64,000 nucleotides of DNA from Bacteriovoracaceae bacterium (lineage in GTDB: Bacteria; Bdellovibrionota; Bacteriovoracia; Bacteriovoracales; Bacteriovoracaceae), in contig DATLXC010000002.1 in NCBI GenBank assembly GCA_035575985.1, forward strand, positions 29,254 to 93,253, read 5' to 3'. The notes under the pieces were generated by a model that saw only the letters and a program-made list of their open reading frames with translations, was not told the origin of the DNA and made no database searches. Made by a program: the position numbers and the translations under genes. This document shows positions 10,070 to 18,299 of the stretch, piece by piece (within the stretch, counting starts at the first letter, position 1; every line of letters starts with the position of its first letter).

Positions 10070-10693
10070 TTAAGCGTTAACTGCTCCAGCCGTAGTTGCT
10101 TTAACAGGGCCGCCTTTAGAATCGAAGTCCATGTCACCCTTTGATTTGATGTTACGGTCTTCATCGTTTGCAGAGAAAGGAATTCTAAGCATAAGGTCAA
10201 ACTGGTGCTCTTCCCCATGGTTTACATCAGTTAAAGACTTGCTATAACCAAGACCGATCTGTGGGCCTTTTTCGCTACCAACCAGGAATTTAACTCCGGC
10301 ACGTGAACCGCATCCGTAAGCTGACTTCTCTTCTTTTGGAAGGTTGCTATTAGCTTTTTCACACTTGTACTGGATATAAGGATTAAGGTGAAAGATATCA
10401 AGGTTAAGGTTTAGACCGACTGAACCACCAATTGATGGAGAAAGTTCGTAATAAGTAGTGCTGCCAACCAGACCATCTTTCTTGTAGGTTTGAAGGTCAA
10501 GACCGCCTTCAACCTGGCCGATGATCTTGATACCAGGAATTACTTGAATTGCCGGGCCAACTCCAAGAGTTACTCCGCCGTTACCAGCGCCAAGGTCTGC
10601 AGTTGCAGTAACTATTTTATCATCATCTGCAAATGCAGAAAAGCTTGTAAGTAAAAGAGCAGCGATAACAGTTTTTGAAAAATAAGCTTTCAT
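10070..10693 (-). CDS. Secreted protein, probable small outer-membrane beta-barrel with a C-terminal tail (207 aa)
   Basis: ATG 10693 after GGGGAG; signal peptide ending SAFA; amphipathic Gly/aromatic strands ending FDLMLRIPF; then a 34-aa polar tail. Confidence 0.75.
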   Translation of the reverse strand: MKAYFSKTVIAALLLTSFSAFADDDKIVTATADLGAGNGGVTLGVGPAIQVIPGIKIIGQVEGGLDLQTYKKDGLVGSTTYYELSPSIGGSVGLNLNLDIFHLNPYIQYKCEKANSNLPKEEKSAYGCGSRAGVKFLVGSEKGPQIGLGYSKSLTDVNHGEEHQFDLMLRIPFSANDEDRNIKSKGDMDFDSKGGPVKATTAGAVNA

Positions 10694-10727
10694 AAGATTC
10701 TCCCCGTGTTTGTTATGCAATCATTTA

Positions 10728-10744
10728 TACAAGATAGAGGCCAA
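10728..10744 (-). promoter_or_regulatory. sigma54-like promoter (variant -12)
   Basis: Minus strand TTGGCCTCTATCTTGTA (GG-N10-GT). Confidence 0.6.
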
Positions 10745-10801
10745 AAAATGGCATTGGAATTCAAATAGTTATGTCTTTAGAATTGAAAATTTTTTATACA
10801 C

Positions 10802-10818
10802 TGTCAAAAGTTTGGACG
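10802..10818. promoter_or_regulatory. Candidate bEBP enhancer box
   Basis: TGTCAAAAGTTTGGACG; centre ~68 bp from the -24 GG, the same spacing as the 8973 box. Confidence 0.6.
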
Positions 10819-10890
10819 TAAAACAGGCACATCAATGGTTTGTAACTACCAGGTGAATCTGTCCTCTCTTCTTACACTTCTCTTTTGCCA

Positions 10891-11712
10891 CTAACCTCTA
10901 GAAACAAAAAAATGATCAAGGTTAAGGCAGGCCACTACTTCAGGTTCACTTTCACTCACGATCTTACTGATCTCCTGGATGGTATCAAGGAGCCTCGATT
11001 TGATGACCGCAAAGTCTTTTTTAGAAACACTGAATGGGGCAGTGAATGCCAATTCTTCCGGTGTCACACTTCTTACAAAATCCAATGATTTTATCCGCCA
11101 GTTGATGTGATGATTCATGACTAATGGAGAGTCGCTCGGGACATGGATCTTATTGACCTTCATTCGAAGCCCATTGTCTGCACGCTCACAAAGGTTTTTT
11201 TCGAGCAGGAAATCAACTATTCGCAGAATGTCCTCGTGGGGAATATCGAAGTTCTGAGACAGGCTTGCTTCGTGCTTTAGATCTTTTATCGATGTGGCGA
11301 GCCAGACGATAACGAAACGCCAGTCTGAATAAAAGCGTATCTTATCGTCTTCAGTTAATTCGGAGACCTCACCCAACCTCGATTTTACAGTCTGTCCCTG
11401 AGATGCTAATTGCGTGATTCTTTTCTTGTGGTAGTTCTTCAAGTCGTTAGAGCTGGCCTTGGCAAAGAAGAGGAGTTCAAAAAAGTATTCGACTTCCTTT
11501 TCCAGCAGACCCAGGAATTTGGTCACGTTCAAGGCATGCTCTTGGCTGAAATCTTTTTGACCACTAAGGACCTGGCTTACGAGGGTAGGGTGTACGTTAA
11601 GTTTCTCTGCCATTTTTTTTAACTTGCCTCGCCCTTTGCCCGGTGACGACTTGATAAAATCACTTATAAAAAGCTTGTAGCTTTCATAATTCCAAATACT
11701 TACGCCGTTCAT
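10891..11712 (-). CDS. TIGR02147/DUF4423-like HTH protein (273 aa)
   Basis: IWNYESYKLFI, HTH KMAEKLNVHPTLVSQVLSG, YFFELL, FYSDW, HHINWR, VACLNLDHF pattern recognised by eye; the ORF-track extension to 11919 is probably spurious. Confidence 0.8.
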   Translation of the reverse strand: MNGVSIWNYESYKLFISDFIKSSPGKGRGKLKKMAEKLNVHPTLVSQVLSGQKDFSQEHALNVTKFLGLLEKEVEYFFELLFFAKASSNDLKNYHKKRITQLASQGQTVKSRLGEVSELTEDDKIRFYSDWRFVIVWLATSIKDLKHEASLSQNFDIPHEDILRIVDFLLEKNLCERADNGLRMKVNKIHVPSDSPLVMNHHINWRIKSLDFVRSVTPEELAFTAPFSVSKKDFAVIKSRLLDTIQEISKIVSESEPEVVACLNLDHFFVSRG

Positions 11713-11716
11713 CTTT

Positions 11717-11947
11717 ATGTTTACGTGTGAATGCCTAATTTCCATCAATGGAGGAACTACCACGATTGAAAATGCTAAGGCAGTAATGGTGGCCCTATCG
11801 GCTGGGCCTGCAGAAGGCTCGGCCAGCATTTTCCACTCGAAGGGAAAGTTTAAGGCGACCTCGACCACCCAGGACGGTTCACCCTCTGGCGTTACTGAAT
11901 CCGTGATCGCAAGCTCCATTGTATATGACCTGGGGACAACTTTGTGA
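11717..11947 (+). pseudogene. Possible 3' remnant of a secreted-protein gene
   Basis: Gly/Ser/Thr-rich, protein-like translation; no RBS or signal peptide; begins 5 nt from the divergent ATG at 11712. Confidence 0.35.
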
Positions 11948-12058
11948 TTTAAGATTTTAACTCTAAAATGGCTGAAAATGATGACTTTTCAGAAAGAAAA
12001 AGTACAGTGCGCAACCTGCAAACAGCATAAATAAACGACGCAAGTGTTTAAAAAAAAA

Positions 12059-12087
12059 TTGAAATCAGTCTAACGAGCGTCTATTAT
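12059..12087 (+). promoter_or_regulatory. sigma70 promoter
   Basis: TTGAAA-N17-TATTAT. Confidence 0.75.
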
Positions 12088-12093
12088 GATTCA

Positions 12094-12142
12094 TGAGTAA
12101 AATTAACTTGAGTTAAAATTACTCATGAGTAAAATGAACTCA
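12094..12142. repeat. Three tandem TGAGT-N7-ACTCA palindromes (operator array)
   Basis: 12094-12110 (ACTTG variant), 12109-12125 and 12126-12142; covers the predicted +1 through the start codon. Confidence 0.8.
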
Positions 12143-13284
12143 TGTTAACTAAACCCAGGTATCTTTCTCACCTTATAACCGAAGATCTAGAATCCAAAAT
12201 GGCTTTCATTGGAGGTCCGAGGCAAGTTGGTAAAACGACCCTCGCTTTATCAGTCTTTAATGCCCATACCAAGACAGCTCCCTTTTACCTCAATTGGGAT
12301 CATCTGTCCGACAGGACCCGTATCATGAAGGAGGAGCTACCACTCTCTCATGGTCAGCTTATTTTTGATGAAATCCATAAGTATAAGTTCTGGAGAAGGA
12401 TGATCAAGGGTTTCTATGATAAGCACGGAGACACTCAAAAAGTTATTGTCACCGGTTCGGCCAGGCTTGACCATTTTAGGAAAGGGGGGGACTCCTTGCT
12501 CGGAAGATATCATTATTATCGGCTTCACCCTTTCAGCTTAAGTGAAATGGCTGCCAAGCCTTCAAAGCAAGACGTGGAGCATCTTCTTAAGTTTGGTGGT
12601 TTTCCGGAGCCACTGTTCAAAGGACAAGAAAAGCACTGGCGACGTTGGCAAAAAGAAAGAGTCACGAAAGTAATCTATGAGGACTTGCGTGACCTTCAAC
12701 AAGTAAGAGAAATCTCTTTGATTGAACTACTGGTAGATTCTTTACCCTCTAAAGTCGCCTCACCCCTTTCCATTGCCTCTTTACGGGAAGACTTAGGAGT
12801 CGCCCAACAAACCGTCGCCAAGTGGATAGACACTTTAGACTCCCTCTACCTGACCTTCAGAATTTCTCCATATGGATCTCCCAAGATCAGGGCAGTCAAA
12901 AAAGAGCAAAAACTCTACTTTTGGGATTGGTCTATGAACCCCGATATAGGTCAGCGCTTTGAAAACATGGTGGCCTCACACCTGCTAAAATACTGCCACT
13001 TCTTAGAAGACAGTGAGGGCTTTAAAATGGAACTCCGTTATCTAAGGGACACTGACAAGAGAGAAGTGGACTTTGTGGTTGTAAAGGATAAAAAGCCCCT
13101 GTTTGCCGTTGAATGCAAAGTGAGTGATCGTGAGCTCTCTGGTCATATGGCCTACTTCAAAGAGCGCACAAACATTCCTAAATTTTATCAAGTTCATATG
13201 GGTGAAAAAGATTTCGGAGATGCTAAGGTCTCAGGCAGAATTTTGCCCTTTCATCGTTTCTGTGAAGAAGAGAACATGGTCTAA
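12142..13284 (+). CDS. AAA_14/DUF4143-type ATPase with wHTH and PD-(D/E)xK-like C-terminus
   Basis: GPRQVGKT, IFDEIH, TGS, SLLGR, GGFPE, KLYFWD, FENMV, EVDFV...VECK. Confidence 0.88.
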   Translation: MLTKPRYLSHLITEDLESKMAFIGGPRQVGKTTLALSVFNAHTKTAPFYLNWDHLSDRTRIMKEELPLSHGQLIFDEIHKYKFWRRMIKGFYDKHGDTQKVIVTGSARLDHFRKGGDSLLGRYHYYRLHPFSLSEMAAKPSKQDVEHLLKFGGFPEPLFKGQEKHWRRWQKERVTKVIYEDLRDLQQVREISLIELLVDSLPSKVASPLSIASLREDLGVAQQTVAKWIDTLDSLYLTFRISPYGSPKIRAVKKEQKLYFWDWSMNPDIGQRFENMVASHLLKYCHFLEDSEGFKMELRYLRDTDKREVDFVVVKDKKPLFAVECKVSDRELSGHMAYFKERTNIPKFYQVHMGEKDFGDAKVSGRILPFHRFCEEENMV

Positions 13285-13347
13285 ATTTCCTCGTGTGAGA
13301 TTTAAGTAGTCATAGTGCCTTGATGGGATTCTCAGGAAAGTGCAGGA

Positions 13348-13824
13348 TTACTGTGGAGAACTCAAAAAATTATTCAAGGCCCTCTTGGCCTCATCAAAGC
13401 CATGGCCTTTAGAAATAAGAAAGCGAAGTACTTTATCCCGAAGTTTTTGTTTTTCCTTAAAGTCTGTAGGAATTTCTTTGCATCTCAGCTTTTTTTGAAC
13501 CAACTTCTCCAAGCTATCCTCATCCGAAAACCCAAGTTCATCTGTGACATTAGTAAACTCTTCAGATTCGAACTGAAGCTTTTCCATATTTCCACGCTTA
13601 CGGATTTTATCTTCTGATTCTCCCTTCATCATCCATTTACGGATAAACAGGCGGCGATAGCTGGCTTCCTTGAGCAGACCCTTATTTTTCAAGGCCTCTA
13701 GCACTTCATCGATCTCGTGAGGGAGATTGTCTTTCTTTGAACGCAGTTTCTGCCTGAGCTTGAACTCAGAGTAATCCTGGCGGGCAAGAAGGTGAATGCT
13801 GTAGTTGTAAATTCTTTGATTCAT
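13348..13824 (-). CDS. recX: RecX regulatory protein
   Basis: Directly downstream of recA; LLARQDYSEFKLRQKL, RFLISKGHG. Confidence 0.85.
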   Translation of the reverse strand: MNQRIYNYSIHLLARQDYSEFKLRQKLRSKKDNLPHEIDEVLEALKNKGLLKEASYRRLFIRKWMMKGESEDKIRKRGNMEKLQFESEEFTNVTDELGFSDEDSLEKLVQKKLRCKEIPTDFKEKQKLRDKVLRFLISKGHGFDEAKRALNNFLSSPQ

Positions 13825-13829
13825 AGTTG

Positions 13830-13860
13830 TAAAACAAACAAGGCCCCGGAGGGCCTTGTC
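13830..13860 (-). terminator. Hairpin/terminator between recA and recX
   Basis: acaaggcc/ggccttgt stem followed by uuguuuu on the minus strand. Confidence 0.75.
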
Positions 13861-13866
13861 AGCATT

Positions 13867-14970
13867 TTATTGAATTTTCTTAGAAGCCTTAGTTGGCTTT
13901 TCATCCTCAATCTCACCAGTCGTCATATCAACGTTGGTAACGATTCCAGTCTTCCCGATGTTGTGCTTGGCGAGCACCTTACCGCGAATCTCTTCCATCA
14001 TAGCGGGATTGAGCTTCAAGAATTCCTTAGAAGCTTCACGGCCTTGACCAAGTTTGCCATTGTTGTATGAGTACCAAGAGCCGGCCTTCTCAACAATACC
14101 TTCATTGGCAGCTACATCTAAAAGATCGCCTTCCTTAGAAATTCCCTGACCATACATAATGTCGAATTCAACTTCACGGAAAGGAGGAGCAACTTTATTC
14201 TTAACGATTTTAACTTTAGTGCGGTTACCAGTTACGACATCGCCATCCTTGATGGCACCAATACGGCGGATATCCATGCGGACTGAAGCGTAGAACTTTA
14301 GAGCGTTACCGCCAGTAGTTGTTTCGGGGTTTCCGAACATCACACCAATCTTCATACGAAGCTGGTTAATAAAGATTACTGTACAGTTTGAACGAGAGAT
14401 TGAACCAGTAAGCTTACGAAGCGCCTGAGACATCAAGCGAGCTTGCAGACCCATGTGTGAATCACCCATGTCGCCTTCAAGTTCAGCTTTCGGAGTAAGA
14501 GCAGCAACTGAGTCAACAATCAAAAGATTAACTGCACCAGAGCGCACAAGCATATCTGTGATCTCGAGGGCCTGCTCACCAGAATCTGGCTGAGAAATAA
14601 GCGTATTTTGAATATCTACCCCAAGATTGCTCGCATACTTAGTATCGAGAGCGTGTTCAGCATCTACGAAAGCCACAGTGCCGCCGGCCTTCTGGCATTC
14701 AGCTGCGATATGAAGTGTAAGTGTTGTCTTACCAGAAGACTCCGGTCCGTAGATTTCAATGATACGACCTTGCGGAATACCACCGATTCCAAGGGCAAGA
14801 TCCAGTCCGAGTGCGCCGGTAGAAATAGAAGGCATTTTCTCTTCTACTTGATCGGTGCCGAGGCGCATGATAGCACCTTTACCGAATTGCTTTTCAATCG
14901 TGGCCAGGGCCAGATCGAGTGCTTTTTTCTTGTTAGCTGAATCAGCAGTGTTTGTAGTTGTAATGGCCAT
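13867..14970 (-). CDS. recA: Recombinase A
   Basis: [37 protein letters not shown]. Confidence 0.99.
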   Translation of the reverse strand: MAITTTNTADSANKKKALDLALATIEKQFGKGAIMRLGTDQVEEKMPSISTGALGLDLALGIGGIPQGRIIEIYGPESSGKTTLTLHIAAECQKAGGTVAFVDAEHALDTKYASNLGVDIQNTLISQPDSGEQALEITDMLVRSGAVNLLIVDSVAALTPKAELEGDMGDSHMGLQARLMSQALRKLTGSISRSNCTVIFINQLRMKIGVMFGNPETTTGGNALKFYASVRMDIRRIGAIKDGDVVTGNRTKVKIVKNKVAPPFREVEFDIMYGQGISKEGDLLDVAANEGIVEKAGSWYSYNNGKLGQGREASKEFLKLNPAMMEEIRGKVLAKHNIGKTGIVTNVDMTTGEIEDEKPTKASKKIQ

Positions 14971-15129
14971 GAGGATTCTCCTTCTCTCTATAAAAACGTT
15001 TATGAAGGTGTGTGTTATTCATTCAAGCTAACATCGACCTTCGTTTTCGACAAATGAATTCATGCAATTTTTACGGAAAATTTACGGAAGCGCAAGGATT
15101 TGAATTATTTGCAGTTTTAACGTGAAGAG

Positions 15130-15609
15130 TTAAAAAAATTTCTGAAAAAGTAGGATAGTAATTCCGGCATATAGACCACTAATAACATCGTCAGTGATTG
15201 TGCCTACACCATGATGTAGACGATCAAAATATGAGGCTGGCCATATTTTTACGATATCAAAAAAGCGAAAAACTATGAAAACTTGAAAGAGACTAAGCGG
15301 GTCTATCTTCATGACAAAACCCCAGGTGATTAACATACCAATGACTTCATCTATCACTATCCATTGTGGGTCATGTAATCCATGTAAATTTTGAATTCTT
15401 TGAGTCACAAGTACTGCTGCAACGTAGATAACAAAAGTCAGCGCAAATAAACTATATATATTGAATTCAAGGTAATGAAGGAGCAGAATGAGGGGCACTG
15501 TTGCAAGGCTTCCCATTGTGCCGGGAGCTTTAGGAAATCTTCCAGTGTAAAACCAGGAAAGGAAGATGACAGACAGGCCTTTGGGGCCCTGATTATTTTG
15601 ATCTTTCAT
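15130..15609 (-). CDS. pgpA: Phosphatidylglycerophosphatase A
   Basis: PKAPGTMGS, HDPQWIVIDE, FRFFDIVKIWP, DDVISG; start uncertain (15609 or 15630). Confidence 0.92.
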   Translation of the reverse strand: MKDQNNQGPKGLSVIFLSWFYTGRFPKAPGTMGSLATVPLILLLHYLEFNIYSLFALTFVIYVAAVLVTQRIQNLHGLHDPQWIVIDEVIGMLITWGFVMKIDPLSLFQVFIVFRFFDIVKIWPASYFDRLHHGVGTITDDVISGLYAGITILLFQKFF

Positions 15610-15670
15610 AGAATTTACGTTAGTTTGCACAAAAGATAACTTTAAACACTATTCCTGAGATTGGCAAAAA

Positions 15671-16915
15671 ATGATTCATCGTCCCGGCTACCTCTCTGAA
15701 TATGATTTTAACTGGGAAACATTCGATGTTGTCTGCAGTGGTAAGTCGTCACTCGACGCTACCAATTATCTTACTGAACTTTATGATCGTAATCAGGTCG
15801 CCAATTTTCTAAATGGATATGGCTTTGATATCAGTGACCCGGTTCAGAATGCTGAGCTCTTTGGAATTTTTCAGGAAGCCTTGCAATTCATAAAGCGTTA
15901 TTTTTTAAAAGAGGGGAATGCTGAGGGATTGGACCTTAAAGTTCCAAGCTACCTTTATACCATTACAAATATCACTGAACTCTTCCTGGCCGCCACTGGC
16001 CATTCTAGTTTCAAGCTTAAGACAGAGGAATCTCTCTGGGCCGGAGTTATCCTTAAAGTCATGCACACCATCCTGCATACTGATAAAGATCTCCGTTATC
16101 GATATTTCTCTACAGTGCAGCAGCAGATCTTTGATCGCTTTTATAAATTCATTCATAGGGATGAACAAAATCGGCTCTATCTTAAGAATGAGCACGGAGG
16201 GATGACAATTCCTCTTTATGATTTTCAGACCAAGGCCAAGAAGACCCGCGACTCAATCATCATCAAACTTCTTCACAAGCAGGAGAACGTTGCTGAAGAG
16301 CTTTTTGATAGAATTGGCGTGAGGATCATTACTTATAATAAGCTTGATTCCTTAAGGGTCATTAAGTTCCTGCATAAGAATTATGTGATCATGATTAACA
16401 ATATCAAGCCCAGCCGTTCACAGAACTCGCTGGTTGATTTGCCACTCTTGCGTAAGCGAATGTTTACTCTTTATAAGGCATCGATCCGGAAAAATTTCCC
16501 TGAAGAAACCTTCTATCAGGAATTAAATAACTTGATCGAAGACTGCGCACCTAATAATACATCTCATGATAATCGACATACATCTGATGAATACAGGGCG
16601 ATTCATTTTACTGGAAGACAGCTAATTAAGTACAAGAACCCTTTTATGGCCTCGTTCAATGAAGTAAGGAAGCTGGCCCTGAGGGATAAGGAAAACCCTG
16701 TTGCACAGTCGTTGCTTCACCTTGATACTTCAGCCATTTCACGCGATATACGGTTCTTCTATCCATTTGAAGTACAATTGACTGATTATGAAAGTCATAT
16801 AAAGAACACCATGGGTGAAGCTTCACATAACGAATACAAAAAATCCCAATTGCGTTCTGCTATGAAAAGAATTTTCAGGCCGATCCTGGAACTCAAAGAA
16901 ATTAGATTAGATTGA
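15671..16915 (+). CDS. TIGR04552-like protein with RelA/SpoT-type nucleotidyltransferase motifs
   Basis: KTRDSIIIKL, ELFDRIGVRII, YRAIH, FEVQL, GEASHNEYK. Confidence 0.75.
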   Translation: MIHRPGYLSEYDFNWETFDVVCSGKSSLDATNYLTELYDRNQVANFLNGYGFDISDPVQNAELFGIFQEALQFIKRYFLKEGNAEGLDLKVPSYLYTITNITELFLAATGHSSFKLKTEESLWAGVILKVMHTILHTDKDLRYRYFSTVQQQIFDRFYKFIHRDEQNRLYLKNEHGGMTIPLYDFQTKAKKTRDSIIIKLLHKQENVAEELFDRIGVRIITYNKLDSLRVIKFLHKNYVIMINNIKPSRSQNSLVDLPLLRKRMFTLYKASIRKNFPEETFYQELNNLIEDCAPNNTSHDNRHTSDEYRAIHFTGRQLIKYKNPFMASFNEVRKLALRDKENPVAQSLLHLDTSAISRDIRFFYPFEVQLTDYESHIKNTMGEASHNEYKKSQLRSAMKRIFRPILELKEIRLD

Positions 16916-16976
16916 TCCTAGTAGTTTCCATCAGCTATTCACTTCATATACTGATTGTATGGAGCCCCTGAATAAA

Positions 16977-17873
16977 TCAGGCTTGATTAGAAATGTAATG
17001 TTGATGAATAAATAACTCTATCCTCTCATTAATCATTTCAGGAAAATCTACCTGAGGAACATGCGACCCATCTTTCATAAAATAAGTCTCAGCCTTTGGA
17101 ATAATAGAGGCAAGTGTGCGCTGTAAGTGATTAGGAATCACGTTATCAAGATGCCCGCCTATTACTAATGATGGAACCTGAATGCGATCAAGGCTCACAA
17201 TAATATTTTGCCTGGTCATTTCGCTGAAAAGTTGAAAAAAGACTTCTGGTCCAAGCTGCCCGATACGATTGAGATAGACTTCAATATACTCTTTAGAAAC
17301 TTTCTTCTTATTGAACCCTGTATCGTGAATGATTTTGCGAACAATGGGATTGAGTCCAGTGGTCGTCCAGAACTTCTTGATGAATTCGGGATATTTATCT
17401 TTCAGGTTCATCATGATGGGAGTTATAAATTCCATTAAGTTGGTATCGAACATAACGCCTTCAACAGGCATAAATGTCCCTGAAATGAGTACAAGGCCGG
17501 AAACGAGTTCCGGAAAGTCTTTGGTGAGCTGAAGGCTTACGTTAACACCCATGCTATGGCCAAGCATGACAGCTTTTTTTACCCCGTGAAACTTACAAAG
17601 GTCATTGATGTCTATCGCCATTTGCTTAAAGGTTATCTTGTGAATATCGGCACTGGTGGATTGGAAGTGACCTCGGTAATCATGCAAAATTACCTGGAAG
17701 CCTTTTTTGTCAAAATATTCGGCCTGGTATTTCCAATGAAGGTTGCTGCAAACAAGACCATAATTAAAAACCAGTGTTGGTTTTGTAAGATCAACCTTCA
17801 GGAAGTTCTTCACGTAGAAGATCTGTTCGTCGTCTGAAGTCTTGAAAAAATTAGCATCATTTATCTTAAACAT
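16977..17873 (-). CDS. Alpha/beta hydrolase
   Basis: DYRGH, GHSMG nucleophile elbow, D(NVIP), GSHVP. Confidence 0.88.
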   Translation of the reverse strand: MFKINDANFFKTSDDEQIFYVKNFLKVDLTKPTLVFNYGLVCSNLHWKYQAEYFDKKGFQVILHDYRGHFQSTSADIHKITFKQMAIDINDLCKFHGVKKAVMLGHSMGVNVSLQLTKDFPELVSGLVLISGTFMPVEGVMFDTNLMEFITPIMMNLKDKYPEFIKKFWTTTGLNPIVRKIIHDTGFNKKKVSKEYIEVYLNRIGQLGPEVFFQLFSEMTRQNIIVSLDRIQVPSLVIGGHLDNVIPNHLQRTLASIIPKAETYFMKDGSHVPQVDFPEMINERIELFIHQHYISNQA

Positions 17874-17877
17874 AATT

Positions 17878-18285
17878 TTACTTCATTAACTTTGTGACTC
17901 TCTCAATGACAGGAAGGCGATGGGAGCCTTTTTCAATGAGGGTGGCCAATTTTTGATTCAATATTTCTTTCTTCGAAGGTCTTTCGGTTAAGGCGAAAGC
18001 AATGATCTTGATAACCGTATTACCTATGGTAATAGTATCACCTGCCTTGATCTTACGGATGGAGGTCGTGCGCTTTCCATTGATCAGGTAAAATGAAACT
18101 TCCTTTTGAGGATGAACCAGCAACTCTTTTTCCGGGATCTCAATCATTAAATGTGAACTGAGAAGTCCTGGATCAGCAATGGATAAATCCGCAGACTCGC
18201 TACCAATATAAACTTCGTTCTTATGGTATTGGAAGCTCGTCTTTACATTTAAGTCAGGGCTTTGAATTATTTCGAAATGAATCAT
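17878..18285 (-). CDS. FHA-like domain protein
   Basis: YIGS...DLSI.DP.L.SSH...NG...GDTITIGNT FHA pattern (degenerate GR/SxxH). Confidence 0.65.
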   Translation of the reverse strand: MIHFEIIQSPDLNVKTSFQYHKNEVYIGSESADLSIADPGLLSSHLMIEIPEKELLVHPQKEVSFYLINGKRTTSIRKIKAGDTITIGNTVIKIIAFALTERPSKKEILNQKLATLIEKGSHRLPVIERVTKLMK

Positions 18286-18299
18286 GATTGATGGTCCTC

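Noticed and set aside
11713-11919. 69-aa N-terminal extension of the TIGR02147-like protein in the ORF track
   Set aside because: The family-like sequence begins at ATG 11712; the extension is the antisense of the 11717-11947 fragment
8196-13284. Mobile element or prophage
   Set aside because: Accessory-looking, but no integrase, transposase, phage genes or flanking direct repeats seen
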